A DNA stretch of 64,000 bases from Squalus acanthias (lineage: Eukaryota), in contig CM059432.1 in NCBI GenBank assembly GCA_030390025.1, positions 98,954,001-99,018,000 on the forward strand, given 5' to 3'. The notes below the pieces were generated by a model. The model had not been told where the DNA came from and did not search any database. It saw only the letters and a list, made by a program, of their open reading frames with translations. A program made the translations under genes and the position numbers. Below, in pieces: positions 1 through 12,166 of the stretch; positions within the stretch are counted from its first letter, which is position 1; the number at the start of each line of letters is the position of its first letter.

Positions 1-708
1 AATACAAGAAACAGATTTGATTCTTTGATTCAATCCATGGAGATAATCTGACAGTTTAGGATAGAATATTTTCTTGTTTCGATTTAAAGATTAGGGGAGG
101 GGATTACCTCTGTGTGTTAGGTGTATTGTAAAATTGAAACACATTTGTAAAAAGATTATTTGTGATTTTGCTCCAGCGAGTGCACAAAGCTTCTTCCAAG
201 ATTCTTTTGTTTTGACTCTTTTTGATCTTTGCCATTCACCAAAACATTAGACTTATGCAGCACGTTTATATTGATGTTATTTGGTTGGTAAACTTTAGCA
301 GTAGAACATTTCTCCTATATGAAGAAATAAATTATTGGTATTTGCATTTTTAACAATTGATTGGGCGGGGATTATCTAGAAAGTGATATTGAAGACATAT
401 AATGATAATATATTTCATTAGTAATGACATTGTGCTTTCAATTACCATAAATTTTTGACAGTTAAATAATTGAAAGAGTCATAACCATTAGCAATCAATG
501 AACTTGTTTCAGTTATTGTGATTTTAAATCTATAATTTCTCCTTTAGTTTCTTGTTGAGTTCACATTCTTCTATTATTTATACCCTAATTTGAAGTTAAT
601 TTCTATTTTTCAACACTACAGTGACAGAAGTTCATTAAATCATGAATCTGAGTTCATTGAGCCATGAATCTATGAAAACAAGCTGTTGTTAAAAAAAATA
701 TAAATGTT

Positions 709-1204
709 GGGGTAGAGTTTCTGCTTTGGGCGCAATCGCAAAAAAACCACATTTTTAATAAGTGTGTCAAGTCCTCCACCTGTGAGTAACCTGATTTTAA
801 ATCACTGAAAATTATTTTAAAAGACTACTGAACCATTCATTGGTGTACACTAGTCAGTTTCATAGTAAATTAAATATTTTTAAATGTGTAATATCTTTTA
901 AAAAATGCCTTCAATGCCTTTGCACCAAAAAACACGCGCTCAATTTGAAGAACCTCTTCCAACGGCCGCAAATGGCCGAAATCGGCGGAAACTCGCCATG
1001 CTCATTATTTGGGGGCATGGCAAGTTTTGTGTGTGGGGCCAGCCTCGAGCGCAATATTTTTTAAACCAGCATTAAAGATTGCGGAAACTTGATTTACCCT
1101 TGACGTAACTTATGCTTAAAATTCCATGATTCTTTGCGTTGGTTTGGCCGAGTTCAGCCGGATTGTGCTGATAAAATCAGCACAAACTAGCGAAATCTCG
1201 AGGC
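709..1204. mobile_element. Decayed MITE-like element (possibly Harbinger)
   Basis: Begins GGGGTAGAGTTTC and ends GAAATCTCGAGGC (weak inverted termini); CpG-rich patches in AT-rich DNA; no clear TSD. Confidence 0.3.
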
Positions 1205-1223
1205 AGTTAACTTTAAATCATGA

Positions 1224-1431
1224 TACGGAGATGCCGGTGTTGGACTGGGGTGGACAAAAATGAGAAGTCGCACAACACCAGGTTATAGTCCAACAGTTTT
1301 ATTTAAAATTACGAGCTTTCGGAGCTGCTGCTCCTTCGTCAGGCTACCTGACGAAGGAGCAGCGCTCCGAAAGCTCATAATTTTAAATAAAACTGTTGGA
1401 CTATAACCTGGTGTTGTGCGACTTCTCATTT
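1224..1431. mobile_element. Penelope-like terminal repeat inserted as an inverted pair (hairpin)
   Basis: Arms 1258-1343 and 1347-1431 are near-perfect reverse complements; flanked by direct repeat TTTAAATCATGA (1212-1223, 1429-1440); the same sequence recurs at 24067-24191. Confidence 0.8.
1344..1378 (+). ncRNA. Minimal hammerhead ribozyme-like core (mirror copy on - strand at about 1311-1346)
   Basis: CTGACGA-aGGAGcagcgCTCC-GAAA: CUGANGA and GAAA boxes around a short stem II, as known for Penelope-like elements. Confidence 0.65.
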
Positions 1432-1959
1432 AAATCATGAGTGAAAGAAGTCTTTATGATTCAGTGCCAATTTGCTGGACAGTGGAAAAACATAGGAAGA
1501 TATTTTATAAGATAATTCAAAAAAGGTTTAAGAACATAAGAGCATAACAATTAGGAGCAGGAGTGGGCTCTACGGCCCCTTGAACCTGCTATGCCATTCA
1601 ATAAGATCATGGCTGACCTTTAACCTCAACTCAACTTTCCCACCTGATCTCCATTTTCCTTGATTCCCCTAGAGTCCAAGGGCTGGATTTTGCCAGTGTG
1701 GGCGGGCTGGGGCGTGTCAGGTGGCATTCGTGTCAGGACCCCGACTCCGATGTGAAGTGGGGAAAAAGTGCAATTTTGCCCTAATTGGGCACTTGATTTC
1801 CAGCGTGTGGGAACCCCTGGCCCAATGAGTCTTTTCATACAGAAAGTCGCCTCCGGTGACGTCATCAATGCTGCTGGATTTAAGGCCTGCAAGCAGCCTT
1901 GCCTCTTCTGGAGACTGCAAACTTTATGGTGATTATAGTAAGGAATTCATTGATCGACT

Positions 1960-3951
1960 ATGTCCACCAGCAGGCAAAAGTGTGCTCCACGCTTCGATGA
2001 GCCCTCCCTCCAAGCTCTGGTGGAGGGAGCAAGATTGAGTAAGGAGGAACTCTTCCCTTCCTCAGGGCGAAAAAAGCCACCTCAGCAGACTAAAGCTGTG
2101 TGGCTGTAAGTGGCCCAGGAGGTCAACTCCATATCGATGAGCCGCATAACCTGGCTGCAATGCAGGAAGAGGTTTCATGACCTTCTCCGCACAGGAAAAG
2201 TGAGTATGGCTTTCCCATCTCTCTCAATCTGATCCCCATCGTCTCTCCACACCAGCACTCTGCTTTGCTAACCTCTTCCTCCACATCCCACTTGACAGTA
2301 ACATCCCTGCACCCTTACCCATTGCCTCTCTCTCTATAGTCACATTCACTTAACTATTCTACCATGTAGCCCTCACACCCACTATCACTGCAATGCAACA
2401 ACAACAACAACTTACAACACACAGGGAGGGCCGTTTGTCTCCTTCTAAGCATCTATGCTATGCATTCTCTACACTCACTCCTTCATTCTCAGTCAAACTC
2501 CACTTGTGTCCCTCATTGCAGGAAAAGAGAGCCCTCAATAAGAGGGAAAGAGCCATAACAAAGGAGGGCCACCCTCAGTAGCCCAGCTCATCGCCTGGGA
2601 GGAGGCAGCCCTGGAAATTGCTGAGATCAAGGAGGATTCCCAAGTGGGGGACGGATAGACGGGCGCATCACAGCAAGCTGGTGACAGAATAGTTTGGCAT
2701 TTCTCTCATTGACATTGCATGAGTCACTGATAATGAATCTGATGCTCTAACAGATTGACTTATGATCATCTGCACTATTCAATGTGCATGTAACCTTAAC
2801 CTCACATCTCTAACTCTATCCTTTAATCCCACACAGGACCATCGAAAGCCCCCGTCCCCACTGTCCAGGAGGAAGAGCCTGATCTTCCAGACTCCTCAGA
2901 GGAAGCTGCAACCTCTGAGGGTGCAGCGTCAGCAGAATTCAGCGCACCCAGCACCAGCGCAGACACCCAAACCTTGGTGGGACCTTCGCGAGATAGAGTA
3001 GTGTTGGCACCTGGTGTATCACAGCTCACAAGTGAGCATCAGCAGATGGTGGAGACAGGAACAGCAGTGGACAATCGGAGGGCGCAGGACTCTGCCAGCT
3101 CGGCTCAGCTGCATGTCGACCCTGTGCCTCTGGGTCCACCCAGAAGGAGAGCGGTGCTGGAACTCCAGGAACAGGTGCAGGAGTCTCTGGCAGGTTTTGT
3201 CTCCAGGGTCACTGTGAGTGTGGAGCGAATGGAGGAGTCCATCGCGAACATGAGCAGAGCCTTAGTGGATGCATTGGCGCATGAACGCATCACCACGGAA
3301 AGGGTGGCAAACTCCGTGGAAAGGATGGCTAACTCCGTGGTAAGGCTGGTTACCGTAGAGGAGAGGATGGCTACAGTAGAGGAGAGGATTGGCTACGTCC
3401 ATGGAGGAGCTTAGTCACCAGGGTCTTGAAAACATGGTCATTGTTCAGAATAGAATGACATCTCTTGAAGAGCGATGGTCAGCTATTGAGCATAGAAACC
3501 AGACCTTCATGGAAGTCCTCTGGAGTAGGACTTCCAGTGAAGAAACGGGTCCTCATGGCCCTCCTGAGGTGCAGCAAGGTGCTGTCAAGCCACTTGCTAG
3601 CTCTGAAGTGGTACTGACCCATGAGAGGGATGTTGGTGGCAGACAACAAGAAAGTGGGGGGTCCTCTCCAAGCGCTCACATGACTATGCCACTGCAAAGC
3701 CCTCGGTCAGAGCCCCACCAGAGTCCTCACCCAACTGAAATGGGCGTCTCAGCCCCTGCACAGCCGCAGGAGCAGCAGACTGTTGCCGAGCCCTCACAGG
3801 TTCGCAACCCCAGAGGACGCCCGCCAAAGGCGTCGTACAGGAGCAGCAAAAACGTGAGCAAGGGGCCTCCACATCTGCTGAAGCCACAGGGGAAGTACCA
3901 TGTAGGAGCACGCGTAAGAGGAAGATAATGCACAAGGAGTCACAAGGGTAG
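1960..3951 (+). pseudogene. Harbinger Myb/SANT-like DNA-binding gene, 3 exons (1960-2199, 2522-2680, 2837-3951)
   Basis: Exon 1 MSTSRQKCAPRFDEPSLQALVE...AVWL*VAQEVN...TWLQCRKRFHDL; GT-AG introns; TAA at 2107 and frameshifts; heptad repeats in exon 3. Confidence 0.85.
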
Positions 3952-4196
3952 TCACTTGGGTGCTGTGATGTATTGTATTTGGACCAGCCATCCTTGTCAT
4001 GGTATCATAAACAGATTTGATGGCAAACTGTTGAAGTTGTGGCCTGTGTCATTTCGCAAATGGGACTTTACATTGAGGACTTAGGGCGACTTGCAATTGT
4101 CAGTATGGTGGTCAGAGTGATAGGAATCCGCAGGTTCTTGTCCATTGTCGATGCTCTGGTAAGAAGGTGCGAGGCAAAAGTGTTTGATTGTGCAGG

Positions 4197-4423
4197 CTAA
4201 GCAAATCTGGCCAACATGGGTGCGTCCCTTGCATCCTGGGCAGCAATGTGGTCGCGCGCTGGTGCCTTCTGGCCTGTGCAGTTTCAGGTGGATGAGCAGC
4301 AGCGTGGCGCTTCTGTTGTTGTTCCTGCTGTTGGTGCTGCTGTTGTTCATGGTTCTGCTGCTGCCACGGCTGGTCTTCATCCAAATCTGATGTCCAGGAG
4401 GAAAGGAAATAAATGGCTCCCAT
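4197..4423 (-). pseudogene. Harbinger transposase stub (N-terminus fused to C-terminus, DDE core missing)
   Basis: MGAIYFLSSWTSDLDEDQPWQQ matches the N-terminus at 61847; followed out of frame by DHIAAQDARDAPMLARFA*, matching the C-terminus near 63910-63965. Confidence 0.8.
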
Positions 4424-4589
4424 GCTTCTGCTATATACGTCTCAGAGGAAGCGTTCAGTCAAGGTGGGGAGAGGGGTTTCCCAGGAGGTCAAACTGGAGA
4501 TAGGTCTCCAAACTTCCACAACAATGAGTAGGCCTGCTAAAAGTTCCCCCAGATCTGAGACAACAAAGTTCTGCCACCTGCAAATGATG

Positions 4590-5035
4590 ATTTGCGGGGG
4601 AGGTCTTATGAGGAAAGATTGAGGGAGTTGGGGCTTTTCTCTTTAGAGCGGAGGAGGATGAGAGGCGACTTAATAGAGGTTTATAAGATGATGAGGGGGA
4701 TAGATAGAGTGGATGTTCAGAGACTATTTCCTCGGGTAGAGGCAGCTGTTACAAGGGGGCATAACTATAAGGTGCATGGGGGGAGATATAGAAGGGATGT
4801 CCGAGGTAGATTCTTTACTCAGAGAGTGGTTGGGGTGTGGAATGGACTACCTGCTGTGATAGTGGAGTCGGACACTTTAGGAACTTTCAAGCGGTTATTG
4901 GATAAGCACATGGAGCACACCAGAGTGATAGGGAGTGTGATAGCTTGATCTTGGTCTCGGACAATGCTCGGCACAACATCGAGGGCCGAAGGGCCTGTAC
5001 TGTGCTGTACTGTTCTATGTTTCTATGTTTCTATG
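4590..5035 (+). mobile_element. Young 5'-truncated CR1 LINE inside Harbinger copy 1
   Basis: ORF2 C-terminus SYEERLRELGLFSLERRR; (TTTCTATG)n tail; duplicated ATGATT (4587-4592, 5033-5038); absent from copy 2; nearly identical to the 3' end of 19406-22276. Confidence 0.95.
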
Positions 5036-6782
5036 ATTGCTGAAAACTCCTTTTTAATGGTGGAGCTGCAACTGTTACTAGCAATCCACTTGTGAGGCCG
5101 TCAGGATTACCTGGCGTGTTCCAGAGGAGGCGTGTAGGATAGGGGAAATGTCTAAAAATCAGAAAGGCCTCTCAAAATTGGATTATAGAGGCAATTAAAT
5201 GGTTGTTAAGGGCCTTAAGGGCCTATCCCACCTCTTGGAGGCGGGATGGAAGCGGGGTTTGAAACCCCGATTCTGGGAAAATTTCTCAGAGGCAGGATGG
5301 AGGCGGCATCGGGCCCGCACGCCATTTTTTGCGATTTTAACACCTCACACACCTCCAATCCCGCCTCCTTGGGCCTGGCAAAATCGAGCCCCAAATGTTT
5401 ATTTATCTCAGCCTTGAATGTACCCAACGATTCTGCATCCACAACCCTTTGAGGTAGAGAATTCCAAAGATTCAAAACCCTCTGAGTGAAAAGATTCCTC
5501 CTCATCTCAGTCTTAAATGGCCAACCCCTTATCCTGAGACTATGCCCCCTTGCTCTAGACTCTCCAGCCAGGGGAAACAACCTCTAAACTCTAGAAAGTA
5601 GAGGCCCAATCTACTCAATCTCTCCTCATAGGACAACCCTCTCATCCTAGGAATCAACCTAGTGAACGGTTGTTGCACCACCTCTAAGGCAAGTATATCC
5701 TTCCTCAGATAAGGAGACCAAAACTGTGCACAGTACTCCAGGTGTGGTCTCACGAAAGCCCTGTACAATTGTAGCAAGACTTCTTTACTCTTGTACTCCA
5801 CCTCCCTTGCAAAAAAGGCCGCTATACCATTTGCCTTCCTAATTGCTTGCTGTACCTCTATGCTAACTTTCTGTGTTTCCTGTACGAGGACACATCAATT
5901 TCCCTGAACAACAACATTTAATAGTTCCTCATCATTTAAAAAAGATTCTGTTTTTCTATTCTTCCTACCAAAGTGAATAACCTCACATTTCCCCACATTA
6001 TAATCCATCTGCCACCTTATTGCCAACTCACTTAACCTGTCTATATCCCTTTGTAGGCTCTTTGTGTCCTCCTCACAGCTTACTTTCTCACCTAGCCTGA
6101 CAACCGGAAAATGACCCGTTTATCCCTACACTCTGTTTTCTGTCCATTAACCAATCCTCTATCCATATTACCCCCAACCCCATGAGCCCTTATCTTGCGT
6201 AACAACCTTTTATGTGGCACCTTATCGAATGCCTTTTGGAAATCCAAATACACTACATCCACTGGTTCCGCTTTATCTACCCTGCTAGTTACACCCTCAA
6301 AAAACTCTACACTAAATTTGTTAAACACGATTTCCCTTTCATAAAACCATGTTGACTCTGCCTAATCATATTATGATTTTCTAAATGCCCTGTTACCACT
6401 TCCTTAATAATAGATTCCAGCATTTTCCCGACAGCTGATGTCAGGCTAACTGACCTGTAGTTCTCCGTTTTCTCTCTCCCTCCTTTCTTGAATAGTGGGG
6501 TTACATTTGCTACCTTCCAATCCATTGTGACCATTCTAGAATTTAGGGACTCTTGGAAGATCACAAGCAATGCATCCACTATCTCTGCAGCCACCTTTTT
6601 TACAACCCTAGGATGTAGGCCATCAGGTCCAGGGAATTTTGTGCTTTTAGTCCCATTAGTTTCTCAAGTCCTTTTTCACTACTGATCTTAATTACTTTAA
6701 GTTCCTCACTGTCATTAGCCCCTCGGTCCCCCACTATATTAGGTATGCTTTTTGTGTCTTCTACTATGAAGACAGATACTTT

Positions 6783-7476
6783 GGGCTGCATTTTGATACT
6801 GGGGCGGGTTGGGGTCGTGTCATCCACTTTTCGTGTTATCCACCCAACTACAATTGGATGTGGGAGATTGATGCGATTTTCACCTAATTGGGCAATTGAG
6901 TTCCAGCATGTGGGAACCCATGACCCAATTAGTGTTTTCAGTCTGAAAGTCGCCTCTGATGATGTTATCATTGCTGCTGCATTGAAGGTCTGCAAAGACT
7001 ACCTGGCCTTCGCTGTGAGAGGACCTGGATGCAAAATGAGCAGCAGCAGCCCTAAGTCTGCTCCCAGATATTTTTTGCACCACCACTCCCAGATATGTCT
7101 CCCATCCACCACCATCCCAGATATGTCATCCATCCATCCAGCCAGGCAGCCAGGCAGCCAGCCAGCTATTCAAATGTGCTACCACCAGGTTTCACATTCG
7201 TGGTTCAGAACAGGCGTGCTTCACGTAGAAAAAGGGTTAAAATCACAAAGGCCTTTCAAAATGGCATTATCGAGGCAATTTAGTGCTTGTTAAGGGCCTT
7301 AACAGCCAATCCCGCCTCTTAGAGGCGGGACAGAGTCGGGATCAGCAGACACGATTTAATGAAAATTGCGTGGAGGCGGGATGGAGGCAGGCTTGTGCCC
7401 GCCCGCCAGTTTTCGCAATTTTAACCCCCCCCCACGCCTCCAAACCCACCTCCACGGGTCAATGAAAATCCAGCCC
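6783..7476 (+). mobile_element. Short non-autonomous Harbinger related to the Myb-only family
   Basis: Ends GGGCTGCATTTTGA ... TGAAAATCCAGCCC; left part homologous to 1680-1900; keeps only the Myb gene start (MSSSSPKSAPRY); interrupts CR1; TSD not matching. Confidence 0.8.
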
Positions 7477-8346
7477 AAAATATTTGTTTAAAGTCTCTAC
7501 CATTTCAGATGCCATTTCAGATTTGCAAATCTCTATTTTAGAGTTTCTGAATTTGTTTTCATTCACCAATGATTTGAAATAATACACTACTGAAATTATC
7601 ATAGATTTCAATTTAAAAAGTGATTATCAGCTCTTTTGGTCAACATAGTATAAATAGTACAATTGTGCAATGACAAATTTACATTTTTTACACATAACAG
7701 ATTTTAATGAATAAATCTTCTCTTGCAACTTTAGAACTGACATCCAGAAAGAAGTGAAGTAAGGGTGAGCCACTTAACTTTCAAAGTTATATACCTGGAC
7801 AGAAAGTAGCAGATCTACTTTCCTATGCTCAAAAGTCCTAGTTAGGATGAAGAGAATTCCCTTAAAAGCTTGACTGCCGCCACTTGCAGTTCAACAAAAG
7901 ACAAGAGTGACTGCTCTCTCATTGGAACAAGGTATGTTCTTGAATTAAACTCTTCAGGATTATCTCTGCTGAAAAGTAAAGTCAGCACTGTCTTGGCCAG
8001 ATTTACTATTAATTGCTGAGTTTTACGAGATGACAGAAAGTCTGTGGATGGAAGAAAGTATTGGGCTAGAAATTGGACAAGGCTAAAAAACGAATGAGGG
8101 GATCCTTCCAAACTTCGTGCTGCCTGCTAATGTAAATAATAGTAGTGTGCAGCCCAGCGCTGAACGCACTGTTGAGTGGCTGCATGCCTCAGTAGAGGCC
8201 CAAGTTCAGATGAGCCTAGCATCACTTAAAGCCAGCTTTCACTACTTAAAGCCAGCCTTCACCTCTTAAAGGGGAGGTGTATTCTGGCTGGAGCAGGTGC
8301 AGGAAGTGGCTGAGGAAGATATTCTGAGCAGGAAGAACACTGACTA

Positions 8347-9210
8347 ATGGTGCAACAGGGAAGAGAGCATGCTCCAAGGTTCTCAGACTCAGCACTGGAG
8401 GCCTTGGTGCAGGAGGAGAACAGGAGGAGAGAGGTCTTCTATCCATAGGGGGCCAGGAGGCCCTCCAGACAAACTGTGAGAAAACAATGGGAGCAGATAG
8501 CCATCGCATTCAATGCCAGCAGTGTAGCCCCGAGCACCTGGATGCAGTGCTGCAAGAAGTTTAGTGACCTCACACGAGAGGTCGAGGTCAGTGAATTCAT
8601 CTTCAAATGCCATATCCTAACAACTGAACCACTAGGCTCAGACACTAGGCTCAATTCAGCACTCCCCCTTCACTCACATACCAACAATCTCTATCAATCA
8701 TGACTTATAACTCACCCTCAAACACTTAGCACTGCTACAAGCCTCACAACTACATCTCACAACTTGCACATACTGCCAGCTATTCAACCATGACAGGCAC
8801 ATCACCCAAACAGATTGTACCACATTCACTCACACACTTCCCTCTCTCGTGCAGGACAAGGTGGCTCATAACTGGAGGCAGCAGGGGCTACCCGCTGCAG
8901 GTGCGCCTGCATGACCTAACCCCCATGGAGGAGACAGTTCTGGAGATTATTGAAGCGGCCATCGCTGAGCCCATGGTTAGCGGCGGGGCTGAAACAATCG
9001 AAGATAATGGTATCCTCATACCTAATCCTCCTTTTCACATCCCACTTCCTCCTCATCCCATAATCTCTTCTGATTTACAAGCTGCAGATGGTGTAAGCAT
9101 GCACCTCTTGCTTTCCCCCCTTCCCTCACTGCAACCCTACCCTTGTGCCTTTCTCCTTTCAGATAGCTAAGAACTGCAACCTGGCCAGGCAGTGGTAGAG
9201 GAGCAAGAAT
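8347..9210 (+). pseudogene. Relic Myb/SANT gene of a different Harbinger family (exons 8347-8586, 8855-9009, from 9163)
   Basis: MVQQGREHAPRFSDSALEALVQE...WEQIAIAFN...TWMQCCKKFSDL with an internal stop; exon 1 is 240 nt as in the other Myb genes; exon 2 LTPMEETVLEII. Confidence 0.8.
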
Positions 9211-9304
9211 TCAGGATCAAGAAGTGGGTGAGTTTCTCACTCAAGTCACTACCCACCCACCCAAAATCCACCTGGAGTAAAATCTGTGCCAACATATCTA
9301 ATGG

Positions 9305-10263
9305 ATACACTCAGCAGGTCAGGCAGCACCTGTGCAGAGAGAAACAGAGGGCTGGATTTTGAATCTGAGGTCGGGTTGGTGTCGGGAATCACACATTCTG
9401 GCTTGTGAACCCGCCTCCATCGAGATGTGGCCAACCCACTGTATTTTCCCTTGATTGACCTTGTTGAGCCCGCCCAGTGGGCTCAGCAGGCCAATTAAGG
9501 GCCACCCGGCAACAGGTGACGTCACAGATTGACATTTCATCTGTCAAGAGCTTTTGACAGATGAAATATCAGCGTTTGACAGCTCTGTGAAGCTGTCAAA
9601 CACTCACAATATGATTTCTAACTTCAGTCCTTCCTCTCAGGCTGAGTTAGAAATCATTACACCACAGAAAACAGAAGGCTGCAGTTTTTGACAGGACCAC
9701 GGCTTTCCTGCTTACTGTGCCGGTGAGATTTCTAACTCCCGAGAACTGAAGGGCTGACACCTGCAGGAGGAAGTTAAGGTAAGTAAAACTTTTTCCAACA
9801 CTTAGCACTTATCTTACACACTTACCTCTGCACACATGCACCCATCACTCACCTGCCCACCGGACATATCGACCCCTCCAACCCCTGCAGACCCACGGCC
9901 CGCCCCGATTACTTGGCCTGGTAGCCACCTGTCGGGAAGCCCACACTTTTCTTTTTAAAATAGGGATTATCCAAAAAACTGCCTGTTAACTACCTGTTAA
10001 CAGGCAGTTAATTGTCACTAATCCCCTTCCCGCCTCGGGGAGTCGGGTCTCAGCACAGGTCGGGTACCTGCCGCCAGAGAAACTGGCATGGAGGCGGAAT
10101 GGGGTCGGGATGGGGTCGGGACCCCCGAATCTGCAACTTTAACCCCCCCCCCGCCTCCAAACCCGACTCCACGGGTCATTGAAAATCCAGCCCCGAGTTA
10201 ACGTTTCAGGTCGATGTTCCTTTTTATTTCAGATTTCCAGCATTCGCAGTATTTTGCTTTTGT
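9305..10263. mobile_element. Penelope terminal remnant (9305-9348 and 10194-10263) split by a MITE
   Basis: ACTCAGCAGGTCAGGCAGCA...AGAGTTAACGTTTCAGGTCGATG matches the Penelope 3' region at 27280-27450. Confidence 0.65.
9349..10193. mobile_element. Harbinger MITE family A (about 830 bp)
   Basis: TIRs GGGCTGGATTTT ... AAAATCCAGCCC; TSD AGA/CGA; twin internal TGACAG palindromes; homologous to 12167, 24235 and 62120. Confidence 0.85.
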
Positions 10264-10294
10264 AATTAATAGATATTTGTGAGTGATTCACAAT

Positions 10295-11037
10295 GGGCCG
10301 AAAATTGATCCCGGGACGCGAGAGTACGCAGTGCGTACTCTCGCGTATTCCCACTCCAATTGCCGGTTTTCTGCATGCCCTGCGCATGCGCTGAAAACCG
10401 GCAATTGCTCTTCTGAAAAGGGGGCGGGTCCTCGGTGCATCGCGTGCGCGCTACAGGCTGCGCGCACGCTGTGCACTTCATGCTTTGGACGCGCAGGTAA
10501 GTAGGGAAGATTTTGGAAATGTAAAAAGGAGGAGTAAGACCCGCTTTTAAGAAGGTAAGTAGTGAATTAAGTATTTTTTTGAATTTTTTTTTACAGGTAT
10601 ATCTTTTTTAGAGACTTTAAAGACAGGTAAGTTTATTTTTATAACTTTTTAAAAGATTTTAAATTTTTTCAAAAATTTAATTTTTTATTTAAAATGGTTA
10701 ATTTAATTAACTATACTTATTTTATTAATGTGATGGTTTTTTTTTTAAATTTAATTGAGGTTTAGCTGTTATTTTGGGGGGGTGTAAGATTCATAGATTT
10801 CACAGGGTGCTGTGAAACTTATGAATGGAAGATGGTGTGCTGCCATTGGCTCTAACTGAGTCACGTGATCCCACAGCTCGCACAAATTCACTACGCCGCT
10901 GGGATACGCAAGCACTGCCCAGCTGATCTCTAGAACATGAAGTTCGTGCGAGCTGGATCTGAAAAAGCACAAGCGAGGTGAGAGATCGCGGGAAAGCCTT
11001 ACCCCCGCGGGAACAGAGCGAGATCAATTTCTGGGCC
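10295..11037. mobile_element. Harbinger-type MITE family B (about 740 bp)
   Basis: TIRs GGGCCGAAAATTGATC ... GATCAATTTCTGGGCC; TSD AAT; GC-rich arms and AT-rich core; related to 52706 and 56987. Confidence 0.8.
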
Positions 11038-11176
11038 AATCTGTTTTTATTTCTTTCCTCATTTTTTTCCCCGTGTTTTTGAAAAGACTGGGGGTAATAT
11101 TTACTTTTGGTGTGGGCAGAGAATTGATCCGTTATGCACTCCACCCAATTATCCTTATAGATGATGCAGGATGATG

Positions 11177-11920
11177 CTAAGGGAAATAGGTCCTTTCTAT
11201 CCACTTTATCTATGCCCCTCATAATTTTATACACCTCAATAAGGTTTCCCCTCAGCCTCCTCCGTTCCAAGGAAAACAGACCCAGCCCATCCAATCTTTC
11301 CTCATAGCTAAGATTCTCTACTCCCGGCAACATCCTTGTAAATCTCCTCTGTACCCTCTCTAGAGCAATCACATCTTTCCTGTAATGTGGTGACCAGAAC
11401 TGCACGCAGTACTCTAGCTGAGGCCTAACTAGTGTTTTATACAGTTGAAGCATAACCCCCCTGCTCTTGTATTCTATGCCACGGCTAATAAAGGCAAGCA
11501 TTCCGTTTGCCTTCTTAACCACCTTATCTACCTGGCCTGCTACCTTCAGGGATCTGTGGACATGCACTCCAAGGTCCCTTTGTTCCTCAGTGTCCTACAA
11601 TTTAATGTGTAGTCCCTTTCCTTGTTAGCCCTCCCCAAATGCATTACCTCACACTTCTCCGGATTGAATTCCATTTGCCACTGTTCTACCCACCTGACCA
11701 ATTTATTGATATCTTCCTGCAGTCTACAGCTTCCTTCTTCAGTATCAACCACACAGCCGATTTTAGTATCATCTGCAAACTTCTTAATCATACCCCCTAT
11801 ATTCAAGTCTAGATCATTGATATATACCACAAAAAGCAAGGGACCGAGTACTGAGCCCTGCAGAACCCCACTGGAAACAGCCTTCCAGTCACAAAAACAC
11901 CCATCAACCATTACCTTAAT
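11177..11920 (-). mobile_element. CR1 LINE RT fragment
   Basis: [33 protein letters not shown]. Confidence 0.92.
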
Positions 11921-12166
11921 GGACAGGAAATCATGACTAACAAGTGCACAGCAGAGCATCCCTCACTTGAGTGTCAGGAGGTTGTTCAAATGTGGGGGAG
12001 GATTACAGCTGACGACCACACATGCTAATTTTCCAGCAGGAGTCATTAACTAGGAACAGTAGTGGAACCCTGGATTACTGCAGCAAAATGGATTTTTGCC
12101 TCTGTTGAATTTTTTTTACTTATTTCGTGTACTGCCAGAACCAGCATTTAAGCAGTAATTACCCAA

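Larger units (their letters stand above)
1680..5391 (+). mobile_element. PIF/Harbinger element retaining the Myb/SANT gene, transposase core deleted (copy 1)
   Basis: TIRs GGGCTGGATTTTGCCAG ... CTGGCAAAATCGAGCCC; 3-bp TSD CAA (1677-1679, 5392-5394); colinear with 16958-23098. Confidence 0.92.
1531..7510 (-). mobile_element. Decayed CR1 LINE split into 1531-1679, 5392-6782 and 7477-7510 by two Harbinger insertions
   Basis: ORF fragments [27 protein letters not shown] and DWKVANVTPLFKKG; CR1 3' UTR at 1531-1679; sequence resumes across both insertions. Confidence 0.92.

Noticed and set aside
1960..2199. Host NAIF1/MSANTD gene
   Set aside because: Lies within TIRs and a TSD, has a second copy, and contains a premature stop.
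6745..7293. 182-aa ORF
   Set aside because: Chance frame across a CR1/MITE junction with no domain signature.
7847..7932. Possible short exon ending AAG|GTATGT
   Set aside because: No pyrimidine tract at the acceptor and the peptide is unrecognised.
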